Positions 53,371 through 64,000 of a stretch of 64,000 nt of DNA are shown here, in pieces. Below the pieces are notes generated by a model. The model ran no database searches and was not told where the DNA came from. It saw nothing but the letters and a program-made list of their open reading frames with translations. The position numbers and the translations under genes are program-made. Each line of letters starts with the position of its first letter. The stretch's first letter is position 1. This DNA is from Octopus sinensis. Lineage: Eukaryota. The DNA is taken from positions 63,240,001 to 63,304,000 of the forward strand of contig NC_043000.1 of the NCBI RefSeq assembly GCF_006345805.1, in the 5' to 3' direction.

Positions 53371-53914
53371 AAAATAGCCATAACTGTTCAAAGATATAAA
53401 GAAATCACATTTCATTTTCAATACAAATATTGAAAAAAATCACTTACCAGAACAAATTTGTAGAATTTTAATCCATAAAATAAGTCAATGAATTGAGATT
53501 GTAGTTAACTTATGATCAACAAATCTTTGGAATTGGTACCCATCCATATCTTCACAATCAATAAGGATATAACTGGAAAAAAAGAAAAGAAAAGAATGGA
53601 TCATTTAATAAACTGAATTCTTCTGGAGCAAGGTTTAAGTTCATGTATGTGTATGATATTTTATACATTGCCATCATCATTATTAAACATCCACATTTCC
53701 ATGATGGCATGGGTCAGGCAAAAGTTATTGTGGCAGATTTTCTACAGCCTGATGCCCCTCCTGTCACCAACCTTTACCTCTTTTCAAAAACAAGCTACAT
53801 CACTTATATGACAGTGATGCTCATTTACAATAATCATGTGTACATGTATATATATATATATATATATATTATTGTGTCTGAGGAGAGTCAAATACAAAAA
53901 CGAAACATATATAT

Positions 53915-54050
53915 GGCAGTTTGTGCCTACCAAATCCACTCACAAGGCCTGAGGTTATAGTAGAAGACACTTGCCCAAGACACCACACAGTGAGACTGAG
54001 CCCCAAACCACATGGTTGAGAAGCAACCTTCTAAACCACACAGCCACACA
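53915..54050 (-). mobile_element. SINE family A head
   Basis: Reverse complement of head. Confidence 0.8.
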
Positions 54051-54107
54051 AAAAGAGAGACAGACAAACAGATAGACAGAGAGAGAGAGAGAGAGACATT
54101 GTGTGTG

Positions 54108-54345
54108 TGTTTTGCGTAGAAGTGAAATGTGGGACACTCCATGCAGAGGATCTGCAGAGGCTAGAGAGAAATGAAGTAAACTATAAACACAGAAGGCCAA
54201 GGAAGAAACAGGCAGAAATGGTGAAAGCAGATATCAGGATGTTAAACCTCACTCAAGAGGATGAAGGAACGGTAAGGCAACAAATGTTAAGACACTGTCT
54301 TGGAGAAGATCCATTCAACATACACAAGCATAGAAAAGCAAAAGC
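54108..54345 (+). mobile_element. Internally deleted RTE LINE 3' relic
   Basis: LHAEDLQRLERNE joined to RRPRKKQAEMVKADIRMLNLTQE. Confidence 0.7.
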
Positions 54346-54787
54346 ACAATTAATTATATAAGTAAAATAATAATTACTAGCAGGACATGTGAATATTTCA
54401 CAGAATTAATGGTAAACTTATTGGATTATTTCTGAAAACTTTATCCAAAAAACTGAAAGCATAGTCTTTGTTGTGACTGTATGGAAAGATAGTCACTTAT
54501 TTGCTACTCATTGAAAAGTGAAAGAAATTGGAATACAATGATTACTTAATGCACTTTATTAATAAAGTATTATGCACAATTTTATAGACTTAATGCACAG
54601 CACTCATAAGATATATATTTACTCATACTTTTCCATTTTTCTCATAAACAAAAGAAAATATTCCATTCATATGATACAACCTCTGATTAAATTGCATATA
54701 TCTGCTACGTAACTAAGTGTGAATATTTCAAAGAATTGCACTAATGTGCATGTGTTAAGTGATAGGTGATATAAAAAACTTCAATTA

Positions 54788-54819
<32 letters not shown>

Positions 54820-54826
<7 letters not shown>

Positions 54827-55004
54827 TTGTCTTTTACTTGTATCGGTCATTGAATGGTTTATTCAAATCAACCCCAGTAATTATTCTTTTAAAGTCTAGT
54901 ACTTATTCTATTGATCTTTTTTACTGAACAGCTAAGTTACAGGAACATATACAAAACAACACTGGTTGTCAAGTGGTGGTGGAAGACAAACACACACACA
55001 CACA

Positions 55005-55035
<31 letters not shown>

Positions 55036-55192
55036 CATATGACTGGCTTCTTTCAGTTTCTGTCTAACAGATCTACTCACAAGGCTTTGGTCGGCCCAGG
55101 GCTACAGTAGAGGACAATTGCACAGAGTGCCATCTAATGGCACTGAACCTGGAACTATGTGGTTGGAAAACAAATTTCTTATCACACAGCCA
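54820..55192 (-). mobile_element. SINE family A
   Basis: Tail to head. Confidence 0.85.
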
Positions 55193-55968
55193 TATATATA
55201 TATATATATATATATGATGACTGCTTCATCTCATCTGATGATAGCTGTTTCATTATTCATAAACTGAACCAATGAGACATCTGTACATCATTGGATTATA
55301 TTGACATATGCTTGTGCAACACGTATGCAGTAAAAGTATCCATAGTTAAATATCCAATAACAAGCAAGGGCAAGATGACCAGAAAACATTTCAAGCATAG
55401 ACTTTATATCAGAAGATAGCCTTCTAGATTTTTTGCCAATAAAAGTGGTTTTACTGCATGCCAAAACATAAAACTGAATAGTTACAGAGTAACTCAAGGG
55501 TCAAAAGTTCCATGCATTTGCCAACACATGAAACTTTCAGTGCTCAAATCACTCTGTAATTACTGCCAATTCATCATTAAAAAAACAGGTGTGTGTGTAT
55601 GTGTGTCTATACATATTGAGGTTTTCTTCAATGAGTTTTCCATTTAAATAGTTTATCTGCTAACACCAAAGAACAACTACATATGCATACACACATACAA
55701 GTTAGGATGTATAAATGAGAGAAAAGTATTTAATAAATACATGCAGCAGAATTTATTTCCAGGAAGCTATTGATTCAAGATATTGCCACTCAGTTTATTG
55801 CTATGCGGGTGCCTTCAGGCAACAAAGAGACAAGAGAGAAGTGTGTGTGTGTGTATATCCACACACACACATTTTGGGCTGTGCTTGAGTCTTTCATATA
55901 TCAATAACTAGCTGATATCATTAAGCAGGATATATAAAATTTGAGCAATCTATAAATACACTTTAAAG

Positions 55969-56424
55969 CAGTGTTTCTCAATCAGGGTCCATATAAGATT
56001 TTGTCATTAAAATTTATCTGCAATAAATTTGTTATACTTCTACAATCCACAAAATATTTTAACAATATTTTTATAAAATTCTTAATAATATTTAATTATA
56101 AAAATATATGACCTTTTAACCCTTTAATTTTCAGATTTCTTTGTTAAATGTATTGCCTATTTATTCACATTGTTTGGAATTAATCACATATTATTTTGTA
56201 GCTTCAAGATTTCAATGGTGTGTTTGTATATTTTGAGAATGACATTGTAGGGTAGGTGTGAGAAGTTGGATCTAGTTAGTTTTAACATAAAACACGTAGA
56301 ATATTTGGGTTGGATATGACTGGATTGAATGCTAAAGGGATAAACATTGAATGGCTAGGATGGTCCATCTGAGTAAAATAGGAATGTAAAGGGGTCCACA
56401 GGTAAAAATGGTTGAGAAACACTG
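55969..56424. mobile_element. hAT MITE containing a nested piggyBac-type MITE (56116-56343)
   Basis: TIRs cagtgtttctcaa / ttgagaaacactg; 8-bp TSD ctttaaag / atttaaag; family E inserted at an internal TTAA. Confidence 0.9.
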
Positions 56425-57254
56425 ATTTAAAGGTTTATTTATTATGTTTTACTAAATGTATCAACATAAACCTATAGTTACAATGAGCACTTTGAGGCAT
56501 CAGGATGCTTTGGCAGAAGATCTTGAAGCAGCAGTGGATCATAGGGATAGACTGTAGTGTGCTGGCCAATCCTGGTGGATATGCCTTGAAACTTATCGAT
56601 CACTGTTCTACTGTTCTTTGAGCCTAGGGAAGCAAAAGCTAGGAGTGTGGTTACACCCTGAGAGAAAAACAAGCTGTAGTGGTCAGCTTCAACCCTTTAG
56701 CATTCAGATTACACTTGCAATACTACCATCACCACAACAGTAACCTCCAACAACACTAACACCTCATATACCTACCACATCTCCATAGCTAGCATACCCA
56801 CTGTTTTGATCTTGCCACCATCTCAATAATGACTGTAGGTGATGTAGTAGTAGTAGTAGTAGTAGTAGTTGCAGTAGTATTAATTGGTGGATTGGGTTGA
56901 TGCTTTGTTTGATGTAGTGACAATGAAGGTGGGTGGGGGTAGTCGTGGTGGTGGTAGCCATGCCTTCAATGATTTCAAACAATGGAAGAGATCAAAGAAA
57001 AATTTGCTATGAGAACTGAACACTATTCCTGAAAATACATTCTAAAACTGGAAAAAATGCTGGGAGCAGTACACCAACATCATGTGGGTGGGGGGAATAT
57101 TTCAAAGGAGATAGGTCTGATTAAATTATAAAAAAGCAACAAATTATAATGCTCAGTTTCATTTCAGACATTTTATATTATTTATTATATATGATACATT
57201 TTAAATTATATTATAATTACACAACATTATAGTCTGTTTCATTATATTCCTTTG

Positions 57255-57475
57255 TTAGGGCAGTGAAGTGAGAGAATCATTAGCATGTCAGACATAATGC
57301 TTAGTGGTACCTCTTCCAGCACTTTATGTACTGAGTTCAAATTCTGCCACGGTTGATTCTGCATTTCATCCTTTCAGAGACAATAAAATAACTACCAGTT
57401 AAGCACTGGCTATCAAAATAATCGATAATCCACATCCCCTTAAAATTCCTGTCTTTGTGCTGAAGTTAGAAATAA
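57255..57475 (+). mobile_element. SINE family B
   Basis: Full unit; another copy at 44005-44135(-). Confidence 0.8.
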
Positions 57476-58369
57476 TTATATTCCGTTGTTAAATTCTTCT
57501 ATTTGCCTTGTCCACTCACAAACAAGTGTCAACACTGTCATTGAAACAATTTTTTATGAATCAGCTAAAACATATGGAATCAAATATTTACAAACTTATA
57601 CATATTCTAACAATGTCCAACCTAGCCAGAGATTATACTAATGATTATTACAAATCTAAATAATACCTAAAACCTTACTAAGAATAAAATCCACTAAATT
57701 TAATTTGAACCATCATCATCATTTAATGTCTGCCTTCCATGCTAGCATGAGTGGAACAGTTTCCCAAGAGCCAGCCAGGCAGGAGCCTGCACCAGGCTTT
57801 TGTGACTGTTTTGATAGGATTTTTACAGCTGGTTGCTCTTCCTAACACCAACCACTCAGCGAGGGCAGTTTTGGCAAGGTTTTTACAGTTGGATGCCCTT
57901 CCAAATGCCAACCACTTTACAGTGTGGACTGGGTACTTTTAAGTGGCACCTGCACTGGCATGGTCACCAAGTACTTGCAAGACAAAAAACAACTTTCAAG
58001 AGGAAAGAGGTGATCTTGTGTTGGATGATGAAAGGTTATAGTGAGACAGAGAGACAGAAACAAGTGTCTTGCTGTAGAGGAAGTACAAGTTTACCTGGTC
58101 ACAGAACAAGAGAGAGAGAGAGAGAGAGAGAGATCAAGAATGAAGACAGAAATAGGTGCACTACCACAAAGGAAATACATGGTTTTCCAACCTGAGGAAA
58201 GTGCAGGAGAAAGAGGGAAATGGTGGAAAAATGCCAGGCATACTCACAAGGGACAGGGATAGAATAATATAAATTTTAGCAGCCTTTAACCACCCTAAAT
58301 TGAAAACAAATTTGTATTTTAGCTTAATGAGGATAAGGATGGTGATGGTAGTTCTTAGTGTCCGAAGAT

Positions 58370-58525
58370 CCCAAGAAAGAGTTTCCATCCACCAAATACA
58401 CTCACAAGGTTTCAATCAGCATGGGGACTGTAAAAGACACTTATCCATGGTATCACACAGTGGGACTGAACCCAGAACCATTTGGTTGGGAAGCAAACTT
58501 CTTACCACACAACCATGGTTTCATC
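58370..58525 (-). mobile_element. SINE family A head
   Basis: Reverse complement of head. Confidence 0.8.
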
Positions 58526-60214
58526 TCTTTATTAAAAAGTATAAAAAAAAAACAATACAACCTAGCATTTTTTGATATCCATAGATCAGGGTCTTTTTAC
58601 AAATGCCGAAGAAATGAAGGAAGATGGAAAGAACTAGAAAGCATATGTTTATCACCTATGGTCTACAGAGAGCTGAAGAGCAAAAAGGACTTCAAAACAC
58701 TAGTTTTTAAAAAAATATTTACAGGAAAGAATTTCTGATAATTCAAAATCACAAAATGAGAATGGTAATTTCTTGAAAATATCAAAACTCAATTTTAATT
58801 TACCTTGTAAAAAATAGACCTTAAAAAAAATAATTATCATATCACCTCTTTTTTTTTTTTAATAGGATTATGTTATAAATAAATCTTTAAATTCTCATTT
58901 TTACTGTATTATAAAGACTAAATCTCTCAGGCTGCTTTGTAATTTTGTTACCATTGTTGAATTTCTAACTTTAATGTTTTCTTATCTGAATTAGAAATTT
59001 CTATTCAAACAGCTTGCAGTACCATCTTTTATGCTTTGATTTTTCCCTGATGTTAACCAAACATCAATTTTATACTTTTAAGTATACATTTTGTGCATCT
59101 AATTGAAACATTATATTAAAAAGTATTTCAGCCAGCTACACAACTTCTAAAACATTTGCCTTTTGCCTTGTAAAATAATAAATAAAAGAATGCCATTTCT
59201 AAGATGTGACAACAAAGGAGCAAAATATTATACTTTCTAGCTGAAGTGTTTTGTTCTTTGTATCCTTAAGTAAACATCTAAATTTAATTGTCTAACATTC
59301 CTCCTTTGTCTTATATAAAAATTTCTGTTATTAACATAAGTTTATGAACATGACTGCAGCTATGCTGGGACACTGTTTCCATTCAATCACTTCAAGCCAA
59401 GTACATATTTCAGTATGCTACTTAATATGTCAGATTATTAAGTTATGGGACATGAAGGGCCACAATACAAACAAGACCAAATTTTAGACTTACATACACA
59501 GAAACAAAAATATGAGCACATACATATCATCATAAAGCGTTTGCAATAAATAATTTCATGCATGTTTTTTCCTGAACAACCACAAGCAACACTTTAATGT
59601 TAATCAGGGGAAGTGTTGTCACTCAGAAGAGTGGAAATGCGCTTCTGTTACTCATAAGTTGCTGCTGACTTACAGAGTTTGTTTTATTTTGTTTAATGTG
59701 AAAAGTTTTATAATTTCAGCAATGCTTACGTAAGATATATGATGTGTGAAGTAACTATTGGTCTAAAACTTAATGTAGAGCTAGAATATGGGGTTAGTTT
59801 TTGTGGGGATTACATATAAAGTTGTTGTTGTTGTGCCCAAAGTCAGCTCCAATTTAGCAAACCTACAATTAAAGATGTTCCACCGATGACCTTCCAGGCT
59901 TTTTTTTTTTATAGATAGTGTGTGTCTAGAACTATATTATCCATTGTGTCCTTCCTTATTTAATACGTTAGGATGTGATTTGAAGGAAGTTTGGTTTATA
60001 TAGTTATCAGATCAAGTGACTTTGTAATGGTTCTCTCACTGCCCCATGGGGTAAAAACTTGAGTCCTGGAATGGTTTTTATGTTGTTTCTTTCATTCCTT
60101 TCAGAGTATAAATTATTATTGACTATTTTTAACTTAATACCTCACATATTGCTTTTTACATTTTTATTTTCCAGTAACATTTCTGCTATTAGGGCACTTG
60201 ATATTTTTCTTCTA

Positions 60215-60600
60215 TTTTTAATCAATGTTTTTCAATTCTCTTAATTTGGGATTTACTATATGCAGTTGGCCAGATGTTTCCCTGGGATTGATAATCTTGA
60301 CAGTTACCATCTCCAGAATATTGGTGCCATAGGATCTGAAGGGACTCATCTGCCTTTGACAGATTTTGTATTTTAATCCTACTAGGTGCTCAAACACCCT
60401 CTTCGCTAGGTAAGCCAATTGGTAAGGGAGAGGTGTAGTTTAGTCAGCAACTACTCAACCATGAACCCGGTAGCACTAGATAAAATGGTTATCAGTAGCA
60501 GGTTTCCATAAGCTGATTATGGAATTGCTCTTGACCTTATCAACTCCTGGAGTAGTTTTTCTTTCTGAAAGGACTAGATGTCTATCAGAGGGCACAGGTT
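60215..60600 (-). mobile_element. R4/Dong-like (RLE) LINE relic, RT N-terminal region
   Basis: RKTTPGVDKV..LAKRVFEHL..QRQMSPFRSYG resembles the WK.PG.D.. / YEHL..EQKGCRRGSYG segment. Confidence 0.4.
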
Positions 60601-60689
60601 TTCTTTTCTCACTTTTATTATGATACATTATGAGTAATTTACATTGACATTCTTAGTAATACACCCACCCAACCATTTCAGCTATGTCA

Positions 60690-61170
60690 CTGTGACCTGT
60701 GACATATTAGTTTCAGTACCTGCTTATACCATTTCTTTTCAGTTTTGATGTTGATGTGTCAATATATATCCCAATCGATATAACCATCTATCCTGTCATA
60801 TACTTGGATATATTCCTGCTTCTTGCAAAAACTAGAACTTAGAAATGATAAAGTCGATTCTTTCATAATGTTGATTTAATTTAACCTCAAGTTTTATTTT
60901 AATAGGTTTTTTTTTTTATATTTGTAGCTAAATATTGATGTTATGTTAATATTATTAAACTTTCCATTTTTGATGTGAGAGAAGAGATTTCTTTGAGCCC
61001 TTGTTGACTTTCATAATTAGCTCATTTCTCTACATCCAGACTTGCAAGATGCTATCATAAAGAAGATCTTCTTCCCATTTTTGGAATTCTAGTTTCATTT
61101 TATCTTTTGATATGCTTTTCTAAATCATTTCAGTTATTTTATAATTCTCCCTATCCCACAAGTATATCTA
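60690..61170 (-). mobile_element. R4/Dong-like LINE relic, zinc-knuckle region
   Basis: ERIDFIIS..KQEYIQVYDRIDGYIDWDIY*HINIKTEKKWYK resembles ETIDHI.SGC..K.EYI.RHDRV..YIHW.IC.HY.IK..K.WY. Confidence 0.5.
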
Positions 61171-61789
61171 GCTTTTAGTTTGTACTTTGTTTTCTAAAAT
61201 ACACACAGATAAAAGTTACTTTTTTCTTAATTTAAAAAATTTTTGTTTTGTTTTATAATATATTTTTATACTAATCAAACTACCTTTACTTGCTTCTAGG
61301 TGCATTTCTCTATTTGTAAAGCCTCATGAACTTCAGAACTGTGCTCAGAGTAATTTTCTGGATATTTTATATTTAGACATTTTAGTTCCCTTAATTTTCA
61401 ATTTATAACAGCAAAACTGTAATTTATGATTAGGACAGCTAATATATTTATAATCTTATTTCTAGCACCAAGTTCAGTTTTTATTAACCCTCCAGTCATA
61501 CTTCTTTCAAACCCTGCCTTTCATTTCTGTATGTTATGTTTTAACAACTTCATCTATTCCTAAGTGCTTGCATTGTTAGTTGTGTTCTAATTTTCTCATT
61601 ACTTAATCTTTAGAGATTTAATTATTTCAGCTCTTCTTAGAGTACATCTAATCCCATACTTATTTCATATCAATAAAGTTTGGCTCAGTTTTTTGATGCT
61701 GAGTAACCTCCTTCCTTTCAAAATTGTTGGCCCTGTGCATAAATTAAGAACTATTATTATTATTGTTGTTGTTGTTATCATCATCATCA

Positions 61790-61970
61790 TTAAGGCAGCA
61801 TTTCAACAATCTTTATGTAGTAATTCAAATGCTGCAGAGGTCAACTTTACCTTTCATCCTTTCGGGGCCTATAAAATACATATCAGCTGAGTATTGGGGT
61901 CAATGTAGACCAGACTCCTCCCCAAGAAAACAACTGGCCTTATGCCAAAATTTGAAACCACTATTATTAA
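61790..61970 (+). mobile_element. SINE family B
   Basis: Full unit; a second unit (61975-62022 plus 62345-62430) is interrupted by fold-back 3. Confidence 0.8.
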
Positions 61971-62022
61971 GACAAGGTTGATTTTTGTCTTTCATCTTTT
62001 CTGAGTCAATAAAAGAAGTACC

Positions 62023-62344
62023 ACAGTTCCATATTTAAGAGATGAGGAATTGTAAACAGTTTTTACATTATTTACAATTGACAGATATTTGTCCTCATCT
62101 TGTTTGTTGTTAACACAACGTTTTGGCTGATATACCCTCCAGCCTTCATCAGGTGTCTTAGGGAAATTTTGAACCTGGATTCTCATTCCCAAGGTATTTT
62201 TCGATGTCATTATTATTATTATTATTATTATTCGAAATTTCCCCAAGACACCTGATGAAGGCTGGAGGGTATATTAGCCGAAACGTGTTAACAACAAACA
62301 AAATGAGGACAAATATCCATTAACTGTAAATAACGTAAATAATG
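62023..62344. mobile_element. Fold-back element 3 with PLE-type minimal hammerheads and TSD
   Basis: Arms about 62063-62172 / 62232-62340; consensus GACAC-CTGATGA-A-GGCTG..CAGCC-GAAAC-GTT-GTGTT; TSD aaaagaagtacc (62011-62022) / aaaggaagtacc (62345-62356). Confidence 0.85.
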
Positions 62345-63289
62345 AAAGGAAGTACCAGTTGAACACTGGGGCTGATATTACAAACTAACCTCTTCCCCAA
62401 TAATTTCAGGCCTTCTACCAATATTATTATTCTCACTTTTTTTCTGTCATATATTTCTATTTATGGTTTTCAGCTAACAAGACTATACCAAAAGCTCTCT
62501 CAAATATTCCATTTCTACTGATTCTCTCTTTCCCCTGGCAAAAATTACACCAGCAGCGTCCATGACTCAAGAAACAAAACCTATGACACACAGGCACTAA
62601 AAAGCTGAACAATGAACTCTGAGATCATTGATCAGTCCCAGGATGAAGGATTTAATTATACTTTAAAAGTAATTTATATACCTCAATAAGATAAATTACA
62701 TGATACCAATTTACAACCAATTTACACCCAAGTGTACAGAACATCGTATTTTAAATGTTTTTGTCATAGATAGTGACAGGATACAAATTTTGACTAGAAA
62801 ATCAACTCCATATTGACATGACCATATGTTCTTTTGTGAGGAAAAATAGATGCAAAGTTAGAAAAAAGAAAACAACAAAAGCAAGAACAAAAGACACAAA
62901 GTGACTTGCTAACATATGAAATTGGTCATGAGTTAATTACTTCACTCTTACCACATAGAATATTGTTAAAATGCAAAAGCAGATCATCTAGTTTACTTGG
63001 AAATAAGTAACAGCCAGCTGTGCATTACTAATGGTACTATTCATGTATGTTAACACAAAATAAAAAATATTCAACAAAGAATAGGTTTAAAAAGGTTTCT
63101 AGTACAATTATTTTGCATTAAACCATTTTGTACTGTATTATAGTAAAATCAAAATCACAAAAAAACAATGCTGTTAAATAAAGAAAACTATCAGGTAAAG
63201 ATATTACTTCATTAGACTTGTGTTTGTAAACATAGTTACTTTTATAAAATTTACATTTCAAATTATTCATTTTTTCATTAGTTCTGTTA

Positions 63290-63890
63290 TATGCTATTAA
63301 AACTTTTTTTACGACTGTCATAAATATCTTTATGAATAATGCCAACTTTGTAAATATCATCAATATTGCTGCTGTTGTTGTAGATATCTTTATCAAAGAT
63401 ACTGACAATATATACTACAAAAATTCTTAACACTACAGCTACCACTGTAAATATGTTTAGCATATCAATTACCCTGAAGATATATTTAATATAACAGCTA
63501 CCATTATACCCCAAGAACCACTTTAAATATACTTGATAATACACTAGCAACCACTATAAATATATTTAACATCACAATTACCACTGCTAAATACATTTAA
63601 CTCTTTAGCATTTAATTGGGCCAAATCCAACCCAAATATGTATCTTGTTTATGTTCAAACTAGCCAGATTCAACCTCTCACACCTACACTACAATCTCAT
63701 TCTAAAAGTTAATAATCACATCATTAAAGTCTTGAAGCTGTGAGATAATGCATAATTAACTCAAAACAAAGTGAATACATAAGCATTGCATAAGACAGAA
63801 TAATCTGAATGCTAAAGAGTTAATAAAACAACTACCACTTTAAATATATGTAATGCCACAATTAACACTGTAAAATATCTTCAAGACTAC
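63290..63890 (+). repeat. Degenerate minisatellite of about 30 bp
   Basis: accactNtaaatatatttaacatcacaatt-like units. Confidence 0.6.
63597..63823 (+). mobile_element. piggyBac-type MITE (family E)
   Basis: TTAA|ctctttagcatt ... aatgctaaagag|TTAA. Confidence 0.85.
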
Positions 63891-64000
63891 TGCCGTATTC
63901 CAAACCCTCTCTGTATCTTGTGACACTATGGATCTACACCTGCAAAATTCCTCTTCAAGGTGCAGGCTTGGGCAAAGTATTTTATGAAAGATCAGTAATT

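Noticed and set aside
55225-55285. TCTCAT-CTGATGA...GAAC-CA-ATGAGA hammerhead-like pattern
   Set aside because: No GAAA and no NUH triplet; weak stem II.
55288-55497. 69-aa hydrophobic minus-strand ORF
   Set aside because: No recognisable family and no bounding donor; length is within chance expectation.
1-64000. Prokaryotic systems, rRNA or genuine tRNA genes
   Set aside because: No operon-like ORF density, CRISPR array or rRNA; tRNA-like segments are all SINE heads.

Overview
AT-rich animal genomic DNA, almost entirely intron/intergenic-like and dense in decayed repeats. The repeat families and (TA/CA/GA/TTA)n load look like an octopod cephalopod genome (inference from repeat motifs; not database-checked). 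No intact protein-coding gene can be called. Supported elements: three tRNA-derived SINE families, RTE, CR1 and R4/Dong-like LINE relics, two Penelope-like (PLE) retroelement fragments fused head-to-head at about 19.3 kb, mariner derivatives, hAT and piggyBac-type MITEs (one nested pair) and Helitron-like non-autonomous elements. A CpG-enriched promoter-like zone lies at about 46-47.9 kb, and a tentative chain of small, phase-compatible minus-strand exons (44 to 24.8 kb) may belong to an unidentified host gene. The most notable signal is a recurring class of short fold-back elements (14.7-15.0, 36.8-37.0, 39.7-39.8 and 62.0-62.3 kb, plus a solo copy at 35.9 kb). Their arms carry type I hammerhead ribozyme cores (CTGANGA...GAAAC...GTH) from several unrelated sequence families. 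The paired copies sit 5'-to-5', and the 62 kb one has a 12-bp target-site duplication. All long ORFs in the ORF track other than the PLE, LINE and mariner pieces are microsatellite artefacts or chance frames.
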